DNA from: Prochlorococcus sp. scB245a_520K10
GTDB taxonomy: Bacteria; Cyanobacteriota; Cyanobacteriia; PCC-6307; Cyanobiaceae
Direction: 5' to 3'
Assembly (NCBI GenBank): GCA_000634515.1
Contig: JFNU01000169.1
Location: 12,395-76,394, forward strand
Length of the DNA stretch: 64,000 nt
Every line of letters begins with the position of its first letter. Position 1 is the first letter of the stretch. Made by a program: the position numbers and the translations under genes. The notes under the pieces were generated by a model, which was given only the letters and a program-made list of their open reading frames with translations, was not told the origin of the DNA and did no database searches. Below, piece after piece: positions 57,119 through 64,000 of the stretch.

Positions 57119-58435
57119 TTAGAACTTAAATACTGTGGTAAGCATTGCTCCAAAGATATCCTGATCAGTTGAGGACTCAACATCAGTTCCTCCCCATACA
57201 GCAGGGGTGATAGTAATTGAATCGTTAGGCTTGAATGAATAGTATGCTTCCCAAAGGAAAGGTTCAACTTCACTCAAAGTTCCAGAAGAAACTTGTGTAG
57301 CCTTAACAGGTTGTCCTAAAGCTATTCCTATTCTATCGTCAGCTTGGATCATATCCTGCCAACCTAGTCCAACAAAATATCCAGAGCCTTCTGATACATT
57401 TAGAGGATGATTATCAAAACTTATTGAATCATAACCAACTGAAATTTCAGGCATAGCAGTGCCTGAATCTTCTGGTCTCCAGTAAGCTCTTAATGCATAT
57501 GCATCAGCGTTAGTATCTGAACTCAATTTGGTAGAACTGCCAACATTACCATGAATAAGCTCTGTTGAATAATACTCATGGGCATCCCATCCAGCATGTT
57601 GCTTAGAGTAAGTTAAAGAAGCATGATACTGTGGCTTTGTAAAAGCAATCATAGTATCAATTTTACTCTTATCAGAATCAGTTAAGATCCCTTTAGATGT
57701 TCCACTACCCTTACCAACGTAGTTTGTGCTCATTGCAAAGCCACTATCGCCGAATTCATACTTAAGTCCAGCACCACCATCAGTACTAGCACCGAAAACT
57801 GCACCATTACCGCCAAGTTTAAATGCCTTTAATACGCCAGGTTTATAAATGGAAGGAGTTGCAGCCATCATATAATAGTTCTCTATCATAGGGCCAACCC
57901 AAACAGTTGCATTATCTCCTAGTGGAAATGTGTACCAGATTTTATCAAGTCTGAGCTCGTTGCTAGTATTCTTTGCTTCAATATGGTAATTACCTGGTTT
58001 TTTAGTAAAGTTAGAACCCCAATCACCAGCAGATAATCTTACATAAAGATTGTCATCACCAGTGAAACTTGTATTCAAGTTCATCTTATATACATAAGCG
58101 TAAGAGAGAGCTTCTGAACCGCCTATTGTATCACCGCCATCAACGCCACCAACTGCGAAAACAGCTTTTCCATCCATAGTTGTAGTAGATGAGAAAGATC
58201 CAGCTTCAAAATTATTTTGTCTAGCTTCAAGACCATCAACGCGACCGTTAAGGGTTGCTACATCTTCACTAATTTCATTAGCGAAAGTATTGCTATCAAA
58301 TTTTTGAACTTTAGATGAGCTACGACGGTAGCTATCCATGTCATCAAGATTGACAGCTTCAGATGCTTGTGCTGCGATTGGTGTTAATAAACCCAAAGCA
58401 GTACTAGCAACCAAAAGTTTTTGGAAGAGTTTCAT
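57119..58435 (-). CDS. Som-type outer-membrane porin
   Basis: GRVDGLEA coiled coil, FSSTTT, LNTSFTGDDNLYVRL, C-terminal FKF. Confidence 0.92.
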   Translation of the reverse strand: MKLFQKLLVASTALGLLTPIAAQASEAVNLDDMDSYRRSSSKVQKFDSNTFANEISEDVATLNGRVDGLEARQNNFEAGSFSSTTTMDGKAVFAVGGVDGGDTIGGSEALSYAYVYKMNLNTSFTGDDNLYVRLSAGDWGSNFTKKPGNYHIEAKNTSNELRLDKIWYTFPLGDNATVWVGPMIENYYMMAATPSIYKPGVLKAFKLGGNGAVFGASTDGGAGLKYEFGDSGFAMSTNYVGKGSGTSKGILTDSDKSKIDTMIAFTKPQYHASLTYSKQHAGWDAHEYYSTELIHGNVGSSTKLSSDTNADAYALRAYWRPEDSGTAMPEISVGYDSISFDNHPLNVSEGSGYFVGLGWQDMIQADDRIGIALGQPVKATQVSSGTLSEVEPFLWEAYYSFKPNDSITITPAVWGGTDVESSTDQDIFGAMLTTVFKF

Positions 58436-58439
58436 TTTA

Positions 58440-58447
58440 CCTCACAC
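58440..58447 (-). promoter_or_regulatory. Yfr1-complementary site over porin RBS
   Basis: mRNA GUGUGAGG 4 nt before AUG, complementary to Yfr1 ACUCCUCACAC. Confidence 0.65.
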
Positions 58448-58526
58448 GAAAAATGCCCATAGAAATGGGTAATTAAATTGTATCGAAGGTAACTTTTTTG
58501 AGCAGGACTAATAGATGCACATCAAT

Positions 58527-58540
58527 GTATAATTTTTTAC
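58527..58540. promoter_or_regulatory. NtcA-like box upstream of porin
   Basis: TGTA-TAATTTTT-TACA (GTA-N8-TAC). Confidence 0.45.
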
Positions 58541-58569
58541 ATCGTACAAATATTCAATCTTTAAAATTG

Positions 58570-59448
58570 CTATTTATTTTTTTCTACTAATGGGAAACCC
58601 ATAAATTCTCTTTCCTCTACCCAAGAAGATGCAACTTCTCTAGCTAATTTTCTAATTTTTTCTATATATTGGGCACGATCTGTTACTGAAATTACACCTC
58701 TAGCATCAAGCAAATTAAAGGTGTGACTACATTTTAAAACATAATCAAGGGCAGGATAAGTAAGTTTCTTTTCAATTAATAAATTCGCTTCTTCTTGATA
58801 AATTTCAAATAATTTTCTGAGATTTTCAGGATTTGATTCAGAAAAATTATATGAGCATTGCCCTTTCTCAAATTGGAGCCAGATATCGCTATATTTCAGA
58901 TTTTGATTCCAGTTTAAATCCCAAATACTTTCTTTATCTTGCAAGAACATTGCAATTCTCTCTAAACCATATGTAATTTCAATTGGTATTGGTTGACAAT
59001 CTACTCCGCCACATTGTTGAAAATATGTAAATTGAGTAACTTCCATACCATCCAACCAGACTTCCCAGCCTACTCCCCATGCTCCAAGAGTTGGCGACTC
59101 CCAATTATCTTCAACAAATCTAATATCGTGATCTTTAGGATTTATTCCAAGAGATTCTAGAGATTTCAAATATTTTTCTTGTATCCCATCAGGAGAAGGC
59201 TTAATTATTACCTGATATTGAAAATAATGTTGAGCACGGTTCGGATTTTCCCCAAATCTCCCATCTGTAGGTCTTCTACATGGTTCGGCATATGCAACGG
59301 ACCAAGGTTCCGGTCCAATAGCCCTCAAGAAAGTGTGAGGATTCATTGTGCCAGCACCCTTTTCCGTATCGTAAGGCTGCATAATCAAACAACCTTCATT
59401 AGACCAGAAATTATTGAGACTTTGGATTATATCCTGAAAAAACATCAA
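58570..59448 (-). CDS. glyQ: Glycine-tRNA ligase alpha subunit
   Basis: [35 protein letters not shown]. Confidence 0.98.
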   Translation of the reverse strand: MMFFQDIIQSLNNFWSNEGCLIMQPYDTEKGAGTMNPHTFLRAIGPEPWSVAYAEPCRRPTDGRFGENPNRAQHYFQYQVIIKPSPDGIQEKYLKSLESLGINPKDHDIRFVEDNWESPTLGAWGVGWEVWLDGMEVTQFTYFQQCGGVDCQPIPIEITYGLERIAMFLQDKESIWDLNWNQNLKYSDIWLQFEKGQCSYNFSESNPENLRKLFEIYQEEANLLIEKKLTYPALDYVLKCSHTFNLLDARGVISVTDRAQYIEKIRKLAREVASSWVEEREFMGFPLVEKNK

Positions 59449-59601
59449 ATTTGAAAAAGTGGAGAATTTAGATAAATGCCAGTAAATATAATAACAAAGC
59501 TTAAAAGCAAAAAATTTTTCAACTCTGAGTTCTGAAGATTATTATCTGGTAAAAACTTTCATAAAATTAAACTCTTTATTAAGACATAACTGAGGAATTA
59601 A

Positions 59602-60006
59602 TTATGAAAAAAAATCTAATGGCAATGGTCCAAAAGTATTTGACTCTGAAGCATTTTCATCATACTGACATGTTATTAAAATTCCTTCTCCAAGACCATT
59701 TTCAGATCTAATAAAAACATTACTAGTTTTTTGATTGGCTTTTAAAAAAACACTTCCATTAGCAGAAAGAGAATCTAAATTACCAAACTTGATTGAAGAG
59801 TATTTTTTAGAAATTGATTGCAATGCTTCAACAGCCTTAATATCACTAGGTGCCATTATTCCTATTGTCATCCAATCTGCCTTAGATATATTTGATTCTA
59901 ATTCTCCAAAAAGTTTTTTTATTTGACTATTGTTTAATTTAGGAGCAACTCTGAAAGTGTTTAGATCAACTAACTTATTTATTTCCATTGAATTTATATT
60001 TAACAA
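59602..60006 (-). CDS. DUF1824-family protein
   Basis: ADWMTIGIMA, VFLKANQKT, TFGPLPLDFF; start possibly 59988. Confidence 0.8.
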   Translation of the reverse strand: MLNINSMEINKLVDLNTFRVAPKLNNSQIKKLFGELESNISKADWMTIGIMAPSDIKAVEALQSISKKYSSIKFGNLDSLSANGSVFLKANQKTSNVFIRSENGLGEGILITCQYDENASESNTFGPLPLDFFS

Positions 60007-60012
60007 TAGTTC

Positions 60013-60345
60013 TTATCCAAAGGTTCTTCCATTCCAAGCCCACATTGAAGCAGGCACATCCTCAAAAGAAATATAAATTTTATCTATTGGAATTCCCATT
60101 TTCTCATATACAAAATTAGATATTTGCTTTGCCATTTCAGATGGATTTAAAGAGCCTATTGACTTAATCTCTAAAAAACAACAAGGGGTTTCATCTTCAA
60201 AATACATTTGGGAATTATCTTCTAATTTAGCCATAACAAATCTTTTCGATTTATTAGTTAGTGATGAAACAAGTATTGAAATTTCTTCAAGTAATTTCTT
60301 CTTATCATCTACCTTGACTGAAGTAGAAACATTGATATAAGGCAT
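60013..60345 (-). CDS. MIF-like tautomerase
   Basis: N-terminal Pro (MPYINV), KSIGS, WAWNGRTF. Confidence 0.9.
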   Translation of the reverse strand: MPYINVSTSVKVDDKKKLLEEISILVSSLTNKSKRFVMAKLEDNSQMYFEDETPCCFLEIKSIGSLNPSEMAKQISNFVYEKMGIPIDKIYISFEDVPASMWAWNGRTFG

Positions 60346-60347
60346 AA

Positions 60348-60518
60348 TTATGCAGCTAAATAATCTTTTTGGGAATCACCTTCTAAATTAACAGTTTTAG
60401 ATTTTTGGACTTTTTTTGATGACAAATATGTCATATCATATGAGCTTATTCCGTTTTTATAGGGATTGAAAAGGGCATTTTTAGATCTACTTTTTTTGCT
60501 CCTTTTGAATTCAATCAT
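60348..60518 (-). CDS. 56-aa basic hypothetical protein
   Basis: MIEFKRSKK...QKDYLAA, 2 bp upstream of the MIF gene. Confidence 0.5.
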   Translation of the reverse strand: MIEFKRSKKSRSKNALFNPYKNGISSYDMTYLSSKKVQKSKTVNLEGDSQKDYLAA

Positions 60519-60669
60519 TTTTAATTAAATTATTAACCAATAATTTAACTTTTTTTGAATATATGTCTAGGTTTTTTAAAAAATTTTTAATTAATTAGAT
60601 ATAAAAAACCTATCTAAATCACACTATAAATTTCTATTTACTAAATTTAAGTTACATCTAATAATTGTT

Positions 60670-61308
60670 TTGGAAGTTTTAAATAATTATCAAAGAAAAA
60701 AACTTGATGAAACTAATGATGAAGAATTTTATTCTGACCCAAAATTTGTTTATCATCTGGATGCAAATTTCAGACAAAATTTATCGAATGTTTATAAAAA
60801 TGAAATTGCAGATTATTCAACTGTCCTTGATTTAATGTCCAGTTGGGACAGTTATTTACCTTTAGAAAAAAAATACAAAAAAGTTATTGGGCATGGATTA
60901 AACAAACAAGAACTTGAAAAAAACAAAATTTTTGATTCTTTTTGGATACAAAATTTCAATTTAAATCAAGAAATTCCTCTTGATAGCGGAAGTCTTGATT
61001 ATTGTTTAATGGTGGCTGCTTGGCAATATTTACAATATCCAGAGAATTTAACTAAAGAAATCGCACGGATTTTGAATGATCACGGCAAATTTATAATTGC
61101 TTTTTCAAATAGAGCATTTTGGCATAAGGCTCCAAATATATGGACCACTTCTACTGAGGAAGAGAGAATCAAGTATGTAAGAAGAGTGTTAATCACGAAC
61201 GGATTTAATGAACCAAATATTATTAAAAAATTTAATCAACCGGCCCTTAATATCTTTAATTTTTTAAATAAAGATCCTTTTTATTGTTTGATTGCCACTA
61301 AAGAGTAG
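60670..61308 (+). CDS. Class I SAM-dependent methyltransferase
   Basis: FYSDPKFVYHLD, LDLMSSW, GHGLN, FSNRAF. Confidence 0.88.
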   Translation: MEVLNNYQRKKLDETNDEEFYSDPKFVYHLDANFRQNLSNVYKNEIADYSTVLDLMSSWDSYLPLEKKYKKVIGHGLNKQELEKNKIFDSFWIQNFNLNQEIPLDSGSLDYCLMVAAWQYLQYPENLTKEIARILNDHGKFIIAFSNRAFWHKAPNIWTTSTEEERIKYVRRVLITNGFNEPNIIKKFNQPALNIFNFLNKDPFYCLIATKE

Positions 61309-61415
61309 ATAAATCCCATATCAAATTGAGCGGATTGATAATTAATGGAATAAATCATAGTCCATAGCCATACTTTCAAATATTTACTACTATTGGATAG
61401 TTAAAATAAATAATT

Positions 61416-61661
61416 ATGGGTTCTAAAAGAGAAAAATATCCTGAAAAATGCCCTTGGGACCTCGGCCCTAATCAACATTTAGCTAAAGAAGAAAATTGGA
61501 CTTTAAGATTAGGAGAAGCAAACGTATGCTTTAGTAAAAACAAATTGGATAATAATTATTTTCATGTAATAAGCAATGAAAATGAAGAACAAATTTTAGC
61601 CTTTAGAGCAAGACTTCTTTATCAAAAACTACTTGATAAAGGATTTAGATTGGTTGAATAG
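61416..61661 (+). CDS. Small hypothetical protein, C-terminus DUF1651-like
   Basis: ARLLYQKLLDKGF. Confidence 0.55.
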   Translation: MGSKREKYPEKCPWDLGPNQHLAKEENWTLRLGEANVCFSKNKLDNNYFHVISNENEEQILAFRARLLYQKLLDKGFRLVE

Positions 61662-61667
61662 AGTAAT

Positions 61668-62321
61668 CTAATTCAATAAACTTAGTTCTTCAAAAACAAA
61701 CTTCTGTATTTCTTCTTCCTGGTTGTCGTTTAAGTATTTTATTGTTCTTGAATTCAAAATCCAATCATCATTTGTACTTATATTTATAAATTCATCTATA
61801 TATTCTAATTTTTGAGAATTCGTTTTAAGAGTATTCGGGTCAACTTGTTGACTGGTGTATTTTTTACTAAGTAAACCATCCCCTGTGTTTAAAAACTCTT
61901 CAACAAAAATTTCTATTATAGTTCCGTGGATTTTTCTATAAACCATATTAATCCCAAGATCTTTGACCCTATATTTATCTCCATCATTTTTACCTGAAAC
62001 TTTCATTTCTATTCCATTTTCAGAACTCTTTATTAGATTAAAATTATTCTCTGAATGTATAGAATGAAAATCTCTTCTTACTCTGTGAATTGAAACTTCA
62101 AACAATTGAGAGGCAATGCTTTTAACAATATTCTCATCATCTATATTTTGAATATTTGGTTTAAAGTCTTTGCCTAATAAGAACTTACCTTCATGAATAT
62201 TATTTTTATGAATAAAAGTGCATTTACCTTGGTAACCATTAAAATCATTTTTCCAGGTGTACCTATTTTCATAAGCCTTTCGAAAAATTTCCTTACAATT
62301 AATTTCTCTTAGATTCTCCAT
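61668..62321 (-). CDS. DUF3386-family protein
   Basis: FRKAYENRYTW, IHRVRRDF. Confidence 0.85.
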   Translation of the reverse strand: MENLREINCKEIFRKAYENRYTWKNDFNGYQGKCTFIHKNNIHEGKFLLGKDFKPNIQNIDDENIVKSIASQLFEVSIHRVRRDFHSIHSENNFNLIKSSENGIEMKVSGKNDGDKYRVKDLGINMVYRKIHGTIIEIFVEEFLNTGDGLLSKKYTSQQVDPNTLKTNSQKLEYIDEFINISTNDDWILNSRTIKYLNDNQEEEIQKFVFEELSLLN

Positions 62322-62355
62322 AAATTTTTATAAACGCGTAAAAAATAATTCTACA

Positions 62356-62392
62356 AAAAAAAACCTCTCTATACATAAAGAGAGGTTTTTTT
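62356..62392. terminator. Terminator downstream of pcb
   Basis: A-run CCTCTCT-N9-AGAGAGG T-run. Confidence 0.8.
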
Positions 62393-62402
62393 AGATTTTT
62401 GA

Positions 62403-63461
62403 CTAATTTTGTGTAATTTTTGTATTTTCTATGTTGTCAAATGCTTGGCCAATTTTCTTAAAGTCAAATCCCATAGCCCTTAATGCGTGCCAAAGATGAC
62501 CTTGTAAGAAGAAGAAACCTAAATAGAAATGAGTATTCGCAAGCCAAGCTCTTGAGCTGTACGCTCCTGAACCTAAATCAACTGTATCAGTAAAATAAGG
62601 TGCAAATTCAAATTGAAGCTTTAAAGGCTCTCCATATAAATCAACTGGATATATAGTTGTGTTTGAAGCACACCAAAAGGCAGCTACAAAAGCCATATAA
62701 GAAACACCAACTACTGAGTAAGACAATATTGCCTCAGCACCAAGTAATCCTTTACCTTTAAATTCTGTATATTCTCCAAATTGTTTAGTACAAATATGGA
62801 AAACACCTCCAATTATTTCAAGGAAAGCGAGAAAAGCGTGTCCTCCCATGACATCCTCTAGACTATCAATTTTTAAAAAATCAAATTGATGATTCCAAAT
62901 AGCTGCAATATCTAAATTGTAGACAACTTGTCTTGTAGATCCTATCGCAGGATCGTAAATTCCATGAATGCGCGCCCATTCCACGAACATTATTGCTCCA
63001 AGGCCAAGAAAAATTAGATGATGGCCAAGAATAAAAGTTAATTTATCAGGATCATCCCACTCAAAATCGAATTTCTGAGGCTTACTATTTTCTGGATAGT
63101 CTCCAAGATCGCCTGCAAATTTATTGGAATGCAGTAATCCACCAGCACCTAATACTGCTGAAAAAATTAGATGTAATGTGCAAATTACAACAATTCCGTA
63201 TGGTTCTGTAATTACACCATTTTCAACGCCTCCAATTCCAATACCCGCTAGGTGAGGCAAAACAATTGCTTTCTGTGCACCCATTGGAATACTGGCGTCG
63301 TAACGAGCTAGTTCGAATAATCCAAAAGCTCCTGCCCAGAACATCATTAATCCTGCATGGGCAGCATGAGCTGCTATGAATTTACCTGAACGGCCAACAA
63401 CACCAGAATTTCCTGCGTACCAGTCATAGGTGACATCAGATTTTCCGTAAGTTTGTAACAC
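62403..63461 (-). CDS. pcb: Divinyl chlorophyll a/b antenna protein (Pcb, isiB-linked type)
   Basis: QTYG, YAGNSG, AAHAAHAGL, LQGHLWHALRA. Confidence 0.95.
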   Translation of the reverse strand: MLQTYGKSDVTYDWYAGNSGVVGRSGKFIAAHAAHAGLMMFWAGAFGLFELARYDASIPMGAQKAIVLPHLAGIGIGGVENGVITEPYGIVVICTLHLIFSAVLGAGGLLHSNKFAGDLGDYPENSKPQKFDFEWDDPDKLTFILGHHLIFLGLGAIMFVEWARIHGIYDPAIGSTRQVVYNLDIAAIWNHQFDFLKIDSLEDVMGGHAFLAFLEIIGGVFHICTKQFGEYTEFKGKGLLGAEAILSYSVVGVSYMAFVAAFWCASNTTIYPVDLYGEPLKLQFEFAPYFTDTVDLGSGAYSSRAWLANTHFYLGFFFLQGHLWHALRAMGFDFKKIGQAFDNIENTKITQN

Positions 63462-63605
63462 TTGATTTAAGTAAACAGCAAGTTGAGCATATTGCTAATC
63501 AGTATGGTTTTTTACATGTTGTTTACAGATTTAATTACTTATGTAAAAAAAACATATTGAGAAAGAACAAATGTTACAAATCAGGGAAGTAATATCTTTG
63601 AAAGC

Positions 63606-64000
63606 TTACCCCAGTGAAGGGATTTCACCCTTTAGTTGAGAAGCCCATGTTTCAAGACGTGAATCTGTCAAATCAGATTCACTATCCTCATCTAGAGGTA
63701 ATCCACAAAAAGTTTCTCCAATGACACTTTTAGACTCATCAAATGTATACGAAGATGTATCAACATAACCAACCATTTCTGCACCTGCTTTAGTGAAATA
63801 GCTATGAAGTTCTTCCATGGCATCACAATAATTTTCTGTATAGGTGGAAGAATCTCCTAACCCAAAAATTGCAACCTTCTTTCCTGATAGACTTAATTCG
63901 CCAATATCCTCCAGGATTGAATCCCATGCAGTTCCTGATCTTTCTTCATCTGCTCCGGTATTCCAAGTAGGTATGCCACAGATAATTCCATCAAGGCCTT
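63606..64000 (-). CDS. isiB: Flavodoxin, 5' end outside window
   Basis: Frame extends upstream of ORF track: ICGIPTWNTG, VAIFGLGDS, YCDAM, FCGLPLDED. Confidence 0.95.
   Translation of the reverse strand, partial: GLDGIICGIPTWNTGADEERSGTAWDSILEDIGELSLSGKKVAIFGLGDSSTYTENYCDAMEELHSYFTKAGAEMVGYVDTSSYTFDESKSVIGETFCGLPLDEDSESDLTDSRLETWASQLKGEIPSLG

Overview
Very AT-rich picocyanobacterial chromosome segment, almost certainly high-light Prochlorococcus (pcb antenna gene, hli cluster, D2 with the Prochlorococcus-type loop insertion, gene order ychF-polA-cysS-dxr-pntAB-trxB-infA-ycf4-psbDC-cobQ). Bases 1-23.9 kb are a genomic island of many short genes. It includes rluF, SRAP, DUF1651, a metal-related operon, an NSS transporter, SelO, three hli genes, a glutamine-II riboswitch, candidate sRNAs and a degenerate tRNA 3' scar. 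Bases 23.9-49.0 kb are core genes. Bases 49.2-54.9 kb hold a Yfr2-family sRNA and two tandem, integrase-less cassettes inserted at the 3' end of tRNA-Ser(CGA). Each cassette is bounded by the core CGGAGAGGGTG and carries its own repeat family at both ends. Their cargo is a polysaccharide lyase in one, and a DUF3578-DUF3883 nuclease plus a repeat-armed GIY-YIG nuclease in the other. Bases 55-64 kb are an iron-related cluster (futA, piuC-like, porin, pcb, isiB) plus glyQ. The most notable observations are the non-autonomous att-arm cassettes and a 19-bp motif (TTGACAGTYRAYYTAAAAT) found at gene junctions in the island and at the arm/cargo junction of one cassette. All family assignments come from motif recognition by eye, not database searches.
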